Below are positions 40,278 through 49,903 of a stretch of 64,000 nt of DNA, piece by piece. Numbering within the stretch: position 1 is the first letter of the stretch; each line of letters starts with the position of its first letter. The translations under genes and the position numbers were made by a program. Below the pieces are notes generated by a model. The model did no database searches. It was not told where the DNA came from and saw nothing but the letters and a program-made list of their open reading frames with translations. The stretch comes from Spirochaetia bacterium (GTDB taxonomy: Bacteria; Spirochaetota; Spirochaetia; CAKZLE01). The stretch covers positions 192,001-256,000 of the forward strand of contig OY782041.1 of NCBI GenBank assembly GCA_963677595.1, in the 5' to 3' direction.

Positions 40278-41024
40278 TCAACCCCTCTGGGAGAATTTCT
40301 CGTAATAGTGCATCTCCAGCTCCCATAATCGCCTGTTTCCGGCACTCCGTTCAGCCCTGTCTACCGGAACGGGGATCGTCCCCCGTATTGATGCAGGCCT
40401 GCCGGAGAGGATGATCACCTCATCCGAGAGGAGCAGGGCCTCCTGGATGTCATGGGTGACCAGCGCGGTCATCCTCGGCGTCCTCTGCCAGATGGCCTGG
40501 TAGGCTGCGATCAGGTTGAACCGAAGATCAGCATCCAGGGACTGGAAGGGTTCATCCATGAGGATGAGCTGTGAGGGATAGGCGAATGCACGGGCGATCG
40601 CGACCCGCTGCCGCATACCCCCTGAGAGCTCTCGCGGGTACAGGTACTCGAACCCCTTCAGTCCGACGAGTTCCACGAACTGCAGGACCCGTTCCTTCCG
40701 CTCTGCCGCATCCGTGATATGGTTGCGCAGCACGAGCTCGATGTTCTCAGACACATTCCGCCACGGCAGCAGCCGGGGTTCCTGGAAGAGGTAGCTCAGG
40801 CTCGCGACATTCGTCGTGGAGCTCATCGGCACACCTGAGATGGTCCCTGAGTCAACCTGCTCCATGCCGGCGAGCATGTGGAGGAGCGTGGTCTTCCCGC
40901 AGCCTGAAGGCCCGACGAGGGCAACGATCTGCCCGTCCCCGATGGTCAGGGAGAGGTCATGAAAGACCTCGAGTGACCCCTGAGCTGTCTCATATGATTT
41001 CGACACCCCCTCGATCCTGATCAT
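40278..41024 (-). CDS. NitT/TauT family ABC ATP-binding protein
   Basis: GPSGCGKT, FQEPRLLPW, LSGGMRQR, DEPF. Confidence 0.93.
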   Translation of the reverse strand: MIRIEGVSKSYETAQGSLEVFHDLSLTIGDGQIVALVGPSGCGKTTLLHMLAGMEQVDSGTISGVPMSSTTNVASLSYLFQEPRLLPWRNVSENIELVLRNHITDAAERKERVLQFVELVGLKGFEYLYPRELSGGMRQRVAIARAFAYPSQLILMDEPFQSLDADLRFNLIAAYQAIWQRTPRMTALVTHDIQEALLLSDEVIILSGRPASIRGTIPVPVDRAERSAGNRRLWELEMHYYEKFSQRG

Positions 41025-41785
41025 ACTTCACCCCCGCGCCGTTTTCTCATGATCCTGACCCCGCCGTCAAAGAGCAGGTCGCTCAATGCGTTGAGCAGTA
41101 TCGCGACAATCGTCCACCCCATCACCGTTGCCGTCTCCAGGTTGATCTGGGCATACTGCATGGCAGAGCCCACCCCGTGCTTCGGGACGGTCAGGACCTC
41201 CGCGGCGATGACCACCTTCCAGGTCATCCCCAGGGCGCCTTTCGCCCCGGCGATGATGAACGGCAGCATCGAGGGTATCGTGATATGAAACAGCGACTGC
41301 CATCGGTCCAGTCCATAGACCCTGCCCATCTGGATGAGCTTCGCATCCCGTTTCTCCATGCCGACGAGCAGGTTCTGGTAGAGGACCGGGAAGCCCATGA
41401 GGAAGGCAGAGAAGACGGGGACCGTACCGGTCTTGAACCAGATGAAGGCCAGCAGGATGATCGCCATCACGGGAGTCGCCTTGATGACGGAGAGCACCGG
41501 GCGCATGACGGCGCTCACGGTCCGGCTCTGGCCGCCGAGCAGCCCGAGGACGAGCCCTGAAGCCATGATGATGAGGAAGCTGCGCAGCGCACGGGCCACA
41601 GTCGCGCCGATCGCGACCCAGGAGTCGGGGTTTGAGAAGAACGAGAGGAACTCTCCCAGTACCGAGACCGGTTCCGGGAGAATGATCGGTATGCCCATTA
41701 CGACGGCAGCAGCCTGCCAGATCCCCAGCAGGATGACTACCGTGAGGGCTGTTACCAGACTAGTTCGCCATATAGAATGCTTCAT
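41021..41785 (-). CDS. NitT/TauT family ABC permease
   Basis: TM helices; WKVVIAAE. Confidence 0.9.
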   Translation of the reverse strand: MKHSIWRTSLVTALTVVILLGIWQAAAVVMGIPIILPEPVSVLGEFLSFFSNPDSWVAIGATVARALRSFLIIMASGLVLGLLGGQSRTVSAVMRPVLSVIKATPVMAIILLAFIWFKTGTVPVFSAFLMGFPVLYQNLLVGMEKRDAKLIQMGRVYGLDRWQSLFHITIPSMLPFIIAGAKGALGMTWKVVIAAEVLTVPKHGVGSAMQYAQINLETATVMGWTIVAILLNALSDLLFDGGVRIMRKRRGGEV

Positions 41786-42845
41786 CCGGGAGTGACCCTC
41801 CTATAGAAGCAGGTGCATACTCTTTCAGGACTTCAAGGTAGGCCTCTATCGAAGCCCTTGCGTCTGCTGCGTCGATATAGACGAGGTTGCAGTTCGGGAT
41901 CGCCGGCTGGGCAAGAGCAGCAGTGAGGATCTCATGCTTCTCGATGAGTGCAGCTGCATCAGCAGGATTGGCATTCACCCAGTCGATCGAGTTCTCCACT
42001 GCCATCCTGATCACCCGTACGACCTCAGGGTGTTCTGAAGCGAACGCACCCCTGATCAGCAGTGCTGTCATCGGATAGGTCGAGGTCCCGGTGATCGATG
42101 ACCACTCCTCCTGGAAGTCCAGGACTCGCCGTACTGCCTCACTCTTGGACTCAGCCATCGTTGCGAAGGGTTCCGGGAGTACGGCGGTCGTCACCTTGCC
42201 GGCGATCAGCATCTGTGTCAGCTGTGCCGCGACGTTCAGGGAGAAGTCGAACTCGACATCCTCACCGACGGCAAGGCCGTTCTTCTCGAGGACGAACTTC
42301 GGCACATACTCAGGTGTGGATCCCGCTCCGGGGATGTTCACGCTCTTACCGGAGAGGCTTGCCGCCTGGTCGGTAACTGCCGGATCAGAACTCATCAGGT
42401 AGAGCATCCCCTCCCCGGTGACTGCCGCCAGCTTCACGTCGATCCCCTTGTTGTAGATCGAGGAGGCTGCATTGACCGGCATCGCTACCACATCCAGCTC
42501 CCCCGAGGCAAGCCGTGCGATCGCCTCAGTCGGCGAAGGCAGCACCTGGGATTCTACCGAGATGCCGTCCACCAGGTCCGGTCCCTCCTCGATCAGCTTC
42601 ACGTATCCGAAGCCTGTCGGTCCCTTGAAGACCGCGAGATTGACCTGTACCGTCCCTGCAGGACTGGCTGCTGCCTCAGGCGCGGCCGGTGCCTCCACGA
42701 CTGCGGGCTCCTCCGCAGGGGCTGCCGGTGCCTCGACTGCGGGGGCCGGCTCTTCCTTGGCTTCCTGGGCACCCCTGGCAAAAAGGGTTCCGGCAGAGAC
42801 CAGCATCAGTACCATAAGTACTGACAGTATCTTAGCTATTCTCAT
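41760..42845 (-). CDS. NitT/TauT family ABC substrate-binding protein with Ala/Pro/Glu linker
   Basis: Signal LFARG; KGPTG; AVLPEPF; IGGSLPDEAFY. Confidence 0.88.
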   Translation of the reverse strand: MRIAKILSVLMVLMLVSAGTLFARGAQEAKEEPAPAVEAPAAPAEEPAVVEAPAAPEAAASPAGTVQVNLAVFKGPTGFGYVKLIEEGPDLVDGISVESQVLPSPTEAIARLASGELDVVAMPVNAASSIYNKGIDVKLAAVTGEGMLYLMSSDPAVTDQAASLSGKSVNIPGAGSTPEYVPKFVLEKNGLAVGEDVEFDFSLNVAAQLTQMLIAGKVTTAVLPEPFATMAESKSEAVRRVLDFQEEWSSITGTSTYPMTALLIRGAFASEHPEVVRVIRMAVENSIDWVNANPADAAALIEKHEILTAALAQPAIPNCNLVYIDAADARASIEAYLEVLKEYAPASIGGSLPDEAFYMAN

Positions 42846-42864
42846 AGTGTTCTCCTCAATTCTC

Positions 42865-44121
42865 TCAATCGGTGATGACGACCCGGAAGTACCGTTTCTT
42901 ACCGGCCCTGAGAAGCAGTTCCCCGTCCTCGGAGCTGGACGCATCGATCACAGCGTCTATGGCGGTGATCTTGACGTCATTGACGACAGCACCGCCCTGC
43001 TGGACGAGCCGTCGTGCATCACTCTTCGTCTTGCAGAGTTCGGTCCTGGCGAACAGGTCCATGACATTGATCCCGGCAGCGAGTTCTGCCCTCGGGATCT
43101 CCACAGACGGGATTGCCTCCTTGTCGAGGGACGCTCCCCCGCCCTGGGTCGAGAAGGCCGCCCTGGCAGCCTCCAGTGCCTTGTCAGCCTCTTCCTTCCC
43201 ATGGATGATCTTCGTCTGCTCGTATGCAAGGATCTCCTTGGCTTTGTTGACCTCCTGGTCCTTCAGCTTGGCAAGTTCATTGATCTCCTCGAGGGGGAGG
43301 AAGGTGAACATCTTCAGGAACTTCACGACATCGGCATCGGCGACATTCCGCCAGTACTGGAAGAAGTCATAGGGGCTGAAGAGCTCCGCAGAGAGGAACA
43401 CTGCCCCCTTCTCGGTCTTGCCCATCTTCTTGCCGTCCGACCTGGTCACCAGCGGGAAGGTCAGTCCGTAGACCTCCTCACGCTCGCAGCGCCGGGTAAG
43501 CTCGACGCCTGCCACGATGTTCCCCCACTGGTCGTCCCCGCCCATCTGGAGGCGGCACCCCTCGTCCCTGAAGAGGGTGAGGAAGTCGAAAGACTGCAGC
43601 AGCTGGTAGTTGAACTCGATGAAGGAGAGCCCCTTCTCCAGCCGCTGCTTATAGGACTCGAAGGTGAGCATCTTGTTCACGGAGAAGTGCTTCCCGATGT
43701 CACGGAGGAACTCGATGTAGTTGAGTCCCCCGAGCCAGTCATAGTTGTTGAGCATGACGGCCTTGCCTTCTGCCCGGTCAGGGTCGAAGTCGACGACGGT
43801 GCCGAGCTGTACCTTGATTGCCTCCGAGTTGCTGCGGATCTGCTCGATGGTGAGCATCTTCCTCATCTCGGTCTTCCCCGAGGGGTCGCCGATCATCGAG
43901 GTGCCGCCGCCCACGAGGGCGATCGGGTTGTGCCCTGCCTCCTGCATGTGGTGCATGGCGAAGAACGGCACCATATGCCCGATATGGAGGCTGTTCCCGG
44001 TCGGGTCTACCCCGACATAGAACTTGACGGGGCCCGCCTCCATCAGCTTGTCCAGTGCCTCGATATCGGTGCACTGTTTTATGAAACCACGGTCCTGAAG
44101 GACCTGTAATGCTTTGTTCAT
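42865..44121 (-). CDS. tyrS: Tyrosine--tRNA ligase
   Basis: GVDPT..SLHIGH, GGDDQWGN, KMGKT, S4 domain. Confidence 0.98.
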   Translation of the reverse strand: MNKALQVLQDRGFIKQCTDIEALDKLMEAGPVKFYVGVDPTGNSLHIGHMVPFFAMHHMQEAGHNPIALVGGGTSMIGDPSGKTEMRKMLTIEQIRSNSEAIKVQLGTVVDFDPDRAEGKAVMLNNYDWLGGLNYIEFLRDIGKHFSVNKMLTFESYKQRLEKGLSFIEFNYQLLQSFDFLTLFRDEGCRLQMGGDDQWGNIVAGVELTRRCEREEVYGLTFPLVTRSDGKKMGKTEKGAVFLSAELFSPYDFFQYWRNVADADVVKFLKMFTFLPLEEINELAKLKDQEVNKAKEILAYEQTKIIHGKEEADKALEAARAAFSTQGGGASLDKEAIPSVEIPRAELAAGINVMDLFARTELCKTKSDARRLVQQGGAVVNDVKITAIDAVIDASSSEDGELLLRAGKKRYFRVVITD

Positions 44122-44138
44122 CCTAAGAATATCTCCAG

Positions 44139-45464
44139 TTACGCTCGTTTGTATGCCTTGATCGCTTCCCTCATGGTCTGTGCCAGCTCAGCGATGGGAA
44201 CGCGGATCTGCTCCATCGAATCCCTGAAACGCAGGGTCACCGTCTGATCGTCCTTGCTCTGGTAGTCGACGGTGATGCAGAACGGTGTCCCGATCTCGTC
44301 CATCCTCCGGTACCTCCTGCCGATTGCACCCGACTGGTCATAGAAGGTGGCGAAATCCTGGCGGAGCTCCTTCTCGATCCCGGATGCGAGGTCGGCGATC
44401 CCGTCCTTCTTCACCAGCGGCAGCACGGCAACCGTGACCGGGGCGACCTCCGGGTGGAAGTGCATGACGACACGGGTGTCGCCGCCCTCGAGCTCCTGCT
44501 CCTCATAGGCATCGGAGAGGACCATGAGCACTGACCGGGTAAGGCCTGCCGAGGTCTCGATGACATAGGGGACATACCGGGTGTTGTCCACCGGGTCAAG
44601 GTACTGCATATCCTTGCCGGAGTACTCCTGGTGGCGTCCGAGGTCGAAGTCGGTCCTTGAGTGGATCCCCTCCAGCTCCTGCCAGCCCATCGGGAACTCG
44701 AACTCGATATCGAAGGCATCCTTCGCATAATGGGCGAGCTCGTTCTCACCATGCTGGTGGAACCTGAGCTTGTCCTTCCTGATCCCGAGCTTGTCGTAAT
44801 AGCTGATCCGGGAGTTCTTCCAGTAATCGAACCACTGCTCGTCATCACCGGGGCGGACGAAGAACTGCATCTCCATCTGTTCGAACTCGCAGGTCCTGAA
44901 GATGAAGTTCTTCGTGGTGACCTCATTCCTGAACGCCTTCCCTACCTGGGCGATCCCGAAGGGGACTTTGACCCTCGAGGTCTGCACGACGTTCTTGAAG
45001 TTCGCGAAGATCCCCTGGGCCGTCTCAGGCCGCAGGTAGACGATACTCGAGTCATCCTTCACCGGCCCGAGATGGGTCGAGAACATGAGGTTGAACTCCC
45101 TCGGCTCAGTGAAGGTCCCCTTGCTCCCGCAGACGGGACAGGGTGCCTCGAGGTCGATGTGGTCAGCCCTGAACCGGCTCTTGCACTGCCGGCAGTCGAC
45201 CATCGGGTCGGTGAAGTTCGCGACATGGCCGGAAGCCTCCCATACCCGGGGGTGCATCATGATAGCTGCATCGAGTCCCACGATATTGTCATGGAGCTGC
45301 GTCATCTCCTTCCACCAGAAATCCCTGACCCGGTTCTTGAGTTCCACACCGAGTGGACCGTAGTCCCAGGCCCCAGAGAGCCCCCCGTAGATCTCACTTG
45401 ACTGATATACGAACCCTCTCCTCTTGCAGAGAGAGACGATCTTTTCCATCGTTACGTTTCCCAT
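44139..45464 (-). CDS. glyQS: Glycine--tRNA ligase (homodimeric type)
   Basis: YLRPETAQGIF, FRNE, EFEQME, IGRRYRRMDEIG. Confidence 0.97.
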   Translation of the reverse strand: MGNVTMEKIVSLCKRRGFVYQSSEIYGGLSGAWDYGPLGVELKNRVRDFWWKEMTQLHDNIVGLDAAIMMHPRVWEASGHVANFTDPMVDCRQCKSRFRADHIDLEAPCPVCGSKGTFTEPREFNLMFSTHLGPVKDDSSIVYLRPETAQGIFANFKNVVQTSRVKVPFGIAQVGKAFRNEVTTKNFIFRTCEFEQMEMQFFVRPGDDEQWFDYWKNSRISYYDKLGIRKDKLRFHQHGENELAHYAKDAFDIEFEFPMGWQELEGIHSRTDFDLGRHQEYSGKDMQYLDPVDNTRYVPYVIETSAGLTRSVLMVLSDAYEEQELEGGDTRVVMHFHPEVAPVTVAVLPLVKKDGIADLASGIEKELRQDFATFYDQSGAIGRRYRRMDEIGTPFCITVDYQSKDDQTVTLRFRDSMEQIRVPIAELAQTMREAIKAYKRA

Positions 45465-46945
45465 TATTCTCCTACCTCTTGTGTTATCTGTGTTATCGCC
45501 CGGTCAAGGCGTGCTAACGTCGTCTCCAACCCGACGAGCCTGATCGACTCGAAGAGCGGCGGTGAGATCGAGGACCCGGTGACGGCTACCCGCAGGGGCA
45601 TCAGCACGGCACCTAGCTTTACTTCGAGCGCCTCTGCGGCAGTTCGGTACTCCTCCTCGAGAGTCTCATCATCCTTGTCGCCCATCGCCTCGATGAGCTC
45701 CCTTCCCTTCTTCAGGATCTCACACGTCTTCTCAAGACTCGTCTTCTTCGGTATGAGCGCCTCGTTCGCGGGAGTCTCGATCTCGCAGAAGAGGAACTTC
45801 GTCATCGCGCTGACGTCGCTGAGCAGCTTCAGCCGCTCGGCGATGATCGGGATCATCCTGGTGATGGTCGCCTCCTGCTCATCAGTCGGGGGATCTGCGA
45901 CGATCCCGTCCCGGACGAGGAACGGCACGAGGAGGTCCCGGAGCTCAAGGTAACTCTTCTGCCTGATGTACTGGCCGTTGAACCAGAGCAGCTTCTTGTA
46001 ATCGAAGACACCCGGAGCCTTGTTGATCTTCTCCAGGGTGAACACCTTCTCGAGCTCCTCCCGCGTGAAGAACTCGGTCTTGTCATCGAAGGACCAGCCG
46101 AGCAGGCTGATGTAGTTGAGCACAGCCTCAGGCAGGTATCCCTGGTCACGGAAGTCCCGCACAGCAGTCGAACCGTGGCGCTTGGAGAGTTTCTGGCCGT
46201 CCTTGCCCATGACCATGGGAAGGTGGCAGTACTTCGGGGGCTCCCAGCCGAACGCCTCATAGAGCAGGATATGCAGCGGCCCTGAGGGGATCCACTCCTG
46301 TGCCCGCATGATATGGGTGATGCCCATGAAGTGGTCATCGATCACATTTGCGAGATGGTAGGTCGGGAACCCGTCTGACTTGAGGAGCACGGGGTCGGGA
46401 CTCACGTCCTTGTTCTTCCGCGTGATGTCACCCATGAGCTCATCATGGAAGGTGGTCTTCCCGTCGAAGGGGACCTTCAGCCGGATCACGCGGGAGAGCC
46501 CTGCTGCCTCATTGGCAGCAATCTGCTCGGCAGTGAGGTCACGGCAGCGGCGGTCATACCCCTGGTTCTTGCTCTTGCTCTTCTGCTGCTCTACCCGCAG
46601 GTCGGCAAGCCGTTCCGGGGTGCAGTAGCAGTAGTAGGCCTTCCCGTCATCGACGAGCTTCTGTGCATACTCCTTGTAGAGGTCGAACCGCTCAGACTGG
46701 ATATAGGGACCAACATCCCCGCCCTTCTCGGGGCCTTCATCCCAGTCGATCCCGAGCCACTCCAGGGTGGAGTAGAGGTCATCCAGCGCCTCCTGGTGGG
46801 ATCGCTCCTGATCGGTATCCTCGATCCGCAGGATGAACGACCCGCCGTTGGCACGTGCGAAGAAATAGTTGAACACAGCAGTCCTGACCCCGCCTATATG
46901 CTGGAGGCCGGTCGGGGACGGTGCATATCGTACACGAACACTCAT
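45464..46945 (-). CDS. gltX: Glutamate--tRNA ligase
   Basis: RYAPSPTG.QHIGG, RIEDTD, KLSKR. Confidence 0.98.
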   Translation of the reverse strand: MSVRVRYAPSPTGLQHIGGVRTAVFNYFFARANGGSFILRIEDTDQERSHQEALDDLYSTLEWLGIDWDEGPEKGGDVGPYIQSERFDLYKEYAQKLVDDGKAYYCYCTPERLADLRVEQQKSKSKNQGYDRRCRDLTAEQIAANEAAGLSRVIRLKVPFDGKTTFHDELMGDITRKNKDVSPDPVLLKSDGFPTYHLANVIDDHFMGITHIMRAQEWIPSGPLHILLYEAFGWEPPKYCHLPMVMGKDGQKLSKRHGSTAVRDFRDQGYLPEAVLNYISLLGWSFDDKTEFFTREELEKVFTLEKINKAPGVFDYKKLLWFNGQYIRQKSYLELRDLLVPFLVRDGIVADPPTDEQEATITRMIPIIAERLKLLSDVSAMTKFLFCEIETPANEALIPKKTSLEKTCEILKKGRELIEAMGDKDDETLEEEYRTAAEALEVKLGAVLMPLRVAVTGSSISPPLFESIRLVGLETTLARLDRAITQITQEVGE

Positions 46946-47103
46946 AACACATCCTTACCATCAATCTTGATTTCACGGCTCTCATCGGTATTTCATGGGA
47001 ACACATGAATTTCACTGTTGTTATTGCTATAGGTTATACTCAATTCCCCGCCTTTTTACAACAAGGAACAGCGCTTTCCTATAGTAGCAAATAAAATAAA
47101 CCT

Positions 47104-48366
47104 ATGATAGACTTCCAGGACACATCAACGTTGATAGAGGTCATCATGACACAGAGATCGCTGATCATCACCTTCGGGATCCACCAGGCCCTTCACTGGC
47201 TCTCACTCGGCATACTGATCCCGGTCCTCGTACTCATCCAGCAGGCTAAGGGACTCTCCCTCCTCGAGGTCGGGAGTGTCATGGCTGTCTACGGGATCGT
47301 GGTCATCCTTCTTGAGGTTCCCACCGGATCCCTGGCCGACCTCCACGGGAGGAAGCGAATCTACCTGATCGCCACAGCTGTGAACCTCCTTTCGACCTCC
47401 ATGCTGCTCTTCGTCTCATCCTTCTCCGGTGTCATGGCAGCCCTCATCGTCTACGGTATCTCCCGTGCCCTGAACTCAGGCTCGATGGATGCATGGTTCG
47501 TCGATGAGTTCAACAGGGTCTCCCCTGACGGGAACCTCCAGAGAGCCCTTGCGGTCATAGAAGTAGCCGTACTCATCGCGCTGGGGATCGGGTCCCTCCT
47601 CGGGGGGTATCTCCCCGACGGGATCGGGGCCATCCTTGAACCATACCGACTGCTTGACCGCTACAGCGGGAACATCCTCGCAGCACTGGGCATCATGCTC
47701 CTGCAGCTGTGTTATACCGCATCGGTCATCCGGGAGCATGAGCTGCCGCAGGCAGAGAGACGCAGCATGGCTTCCCAGCTGGCAGCATCGTTCAAGTTCA
47801 GCATCTCCCACCGCACGATCCTCCTCCTGCTGCTTACGACCCTTACGCTCGGGATCGGGTTCTCCACAATGGAGACCTTCTGGCAGCCGAGGGTTCGGGA
47901 GATCGGGGGAGAGGGCCTTCCCTCCCTGACCTTCGGCATCCTCTCAGCCGGCTACTTCATCGCTGCAGCGATAGGGTCCCTGGTGATCATACCGATCGCA
48001 CGGCGCTTCAAGGATGCATACCCCAGGCTACTGGCCCTGACCAGAATCCTCTTCGGCATCGGGTTCATCATGCTTGCCCGGCAGAGCGGCCTCTACTCCT
48101 TCGCCTGCTGGTATTTCATCCTCTTCAGCTTCAACGGGGCTTCTTCCTCCCCCCATAACGCACTGCTCAACAGCAAGGTCCCTTCAGAGAAGCGCTCCAC
48201 GATCCTCTCGCTCTCCTCCCTGGCCCTGCAGGCCGGCGGCGCGATCGGATCACTGGCAGGGGGGATCATCTCGGAGCGTTTCGGCATCCCTGTCACCTGG
48301 GTCGCGGCAGGGATCCTGCTCATCCTCTCCTCAGGGCTCTACCTTGCAGTCCGCACCAACGACTGA
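47104..48366 (+). CDS. MFS transporter (start may be 47146)
   Basis: LEVPTGSLADLHGRKR motif A; 12 TM segments. Confidence 0.9.
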   Translation: MIDFQDTSTLIEVIMTQRSLIITFGIHQALHWLSLGILIPVLVLIQQAKGLSLLEVGSVMAVYGIVVILLEVPTGSLADLHGRKRIYLIATAVNLLSTSMLLFVSSFSGVMAALIVYGISRALNSGSMDAWFVDEFNRVSPDGNLQRALAVIEVAVLIALGIGSLLGGYLPDGIGAILEPYRLLDRYSGNILAALGIMLLQLCYTASVIREHELPQAERRSMASQLAASFKFSISHRTILLLLLTTLTLGIGFSTMETFWQPRVREIGGEGLPSLTFGILSAGYFIAAAIGSLVIIPIARRFKDAYPRLLALTRILFGIGFIMLARQSGLYSFACWYFILFSFNGASSSPHNALLNSKVPSEKRSTILSLSSLALQAGGAIGSLAGGIISERFGIPVTWVAAGILLILSSGLYLAVRTND

Positions 48367-48921
48367 TTCGATGAAGTAGCGATGGAAACGACCATCCGTG
48401 GTAAGCTCGGGATGGAAAGTCGTCACGAGGATGTGCGCCTGCCTGCAGGCGACGGGATGCCCCTGCCAGCTGCTTAAGACCGCTACCCCTTTCCCGGTCT
48501 CAATGATCCTCGGGGCCCGTATGAACACTGCCGGGAACGCATCACCGACCCCTTTCACCGAGACTACTGCCCTGAAGCTGGACAGCTGTCCCCCGTAGGA
48601 ATTCCTCTCGATCGTGTAATCGGCAGCATGAAGGATGGGCTCCTGTCCGGTGATCCTGCCTGCCAGCAGGATCGCCCCGGCACAGGTCCCCCATACGGGC
48701 ATACCTTCGCAGATCCGCTGCCTCAGCCGTTCGAGCAGGCCGAGCCGACCGAGGAGCCGGTAGTGGGCCGGGCTCTCACCCCCGGGAAGGATGAGGGCAT
48801 CAGCCTCCTCCAGTTCCGCAAGGGTCCGGACAGGCAGGGTCCTGACGTTCAGGGCCCTGAGCATGCTCAGGTGCTCTTCGACACCGCCCTGGAGGGCAAG
48901 GACTCCAATGAGGGGTCCCAT
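48331..48921 (-). CDS. pdxT: PLP synthase glutaminase subunit
   Basis: GVLALQG, LPGGES, GTCAG, FIRAP, FHPE. Confidence 0.95.
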   Translation of the reverse strand: MGPLIGVLALQGGVEEHLSMLRALNVRTLPVRTLAELEEADALILPGGESPAHYRLLGRLGLLERLRQRICEGMPVWGTCAGAILLAGRITGQEPILHAADYTIERNSYGGQLSSFRAVVSVKGVGDAFPAVFIRAPRIIETGKGVAVLSSWQGHPVACRQAHILVTTFHPELTTDGRFHRYFIESVVGADCKVEP

Positions 48922-48922
48922 G

Positions 48923-49807
48923 CTACCAGCCCCTGGCCGCATAGTGCTCCCCACTGCCTAATTGTGAGATCTCACAGCCGCGCATGGCTTCCCCGAGCCC
49001 TCTCGAGACCTCAGCCACGGCCGCCGCATCGGTATACTGCGCCACAGCCAGGACGATAGCCCTCGCCCGTCGCGCCGGGTCCTCCGAGGTGAAGATCCCG
49101 GAACCGACGAAGACTCCCTCGCTGCCGAGATGCATCATCAGTGCGGCATCCGCAGGCGTTGCGATACCGCCTGCGGCGAAGTTGACCACGGGAAGCTTAC
49201 CGGTCTCTGCGACTTCACAGACCAGCTGGTAGGGAGCACCGAGCTCCTTGGCGGCACTCATCAGCTCCTCACGGCCCTTCCCTCGAAGAGCGCGTATCTG
49301 GCTGGAGATCATCCGCTGGTGCCTGACTGCCTCCACGATGTTCCCGGTACCGGCCTCGCCCTTCGTCCTGATCATGCTCGCACCTTCCCCGATCCTCCGC
49401 AGAGCTTCCCCGAGGTCCCGGGCACCGCAAACGAAGGGTATCCTGAATGCGTGCTTGTCGATGTGGTACTGGTCATCCGCAGGGGTGAGGACCTCGCTCT
49501 CATCGATATAGTCGATCTCGAGGGCCTCGAGGATCCTCGCCTCGACGATATGGCCGATCCGGGCCTTCGCCATGACCGGGATCGAGACAGCATCCCGTAT
49601 CTCGGTGATCATCTGAGGATCGGACATCCGGGCGACCCCGCCGGCCTTCCTGATCTCTGAGGGGACCCGTTCCAGCGCCATGACGGCAACAGCCCCTGCT
49701 TCTTCCGCTATCCTTGCCTGCTCGACATTCACCACATCCATGATCACCCCGCCCTTGAGCATCTTCGCGAGATCCCTGTTCAATCCTGCCTGTTCGTTCA
49801 TCTCCAT
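48923..49807 (-). CDS. pdxS: PLP synthase lyase subunit
   Basis: [37 protein letters not shown]. Confidence 0.97.
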   Translation of the reverse strand: MEMNEQAGLNRDLAKMLKGGVIMDVVNVEQARIAEEAGAVAVMALERVPSEIRKAGGVARMSDPQMITEIRDAVSIPVMAKARIGHIVEARILEALEIDYIDESEVLTPADDQYHIDKHAFRIPFVCGARDLGEALRRIGEGASMIRTKGEAGTGNIVEAVRHQRMISSQIRALRGKGREELMSAAKELGAPYQLVCEVAETGKLPVVNFAAGGIATPADAALMMHLGSEGVFVGSGIFTSEDPARRARAIVLAVAQYTDAAAVAEVSRGLGEAMRGCEISQLGSGEHYAARGW

Positions 49808-49815
49808 CTCCTTGA

Positions 49816-49829
49816 CTGTATCGATACAA
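49816..49829. promoter_or_regulatory. Palindrome, likely PdxR operator
   Basis: TGTATCGATACA between divergent pdxS and pdxR; near copy GTACCGATACA at about 49922. Confidence 0.55.
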
Positions 49830-49903
49830 TTTACTAAAATACATATAGCATACCGGAACAATAGATCCCGATTACGGTATAGTCAATCAGCGAGGTGGTA
49901 CAA

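Noticed and set aside
42655-42765. Ala/Pro/Glu repeats in the ABC binding protein
   Set aside because: Ordinary flexible linker after the signal peptide.
42472-44109. 545-aa plus-strand ORF, and many similar long antisense ORFs (e.g. 8728-9843, 33551-34444, 51512-52321)
   Set aside because: Shadow frames opposite well-supported genes in GC-rich DNA; no recognisable motifs.
46946-47103. T-box leader upstream of gltX-glyQS-tyrS (and alaS)
   Set aside because: No T-box consensus or terminator/antiterminator; leaders are too short.
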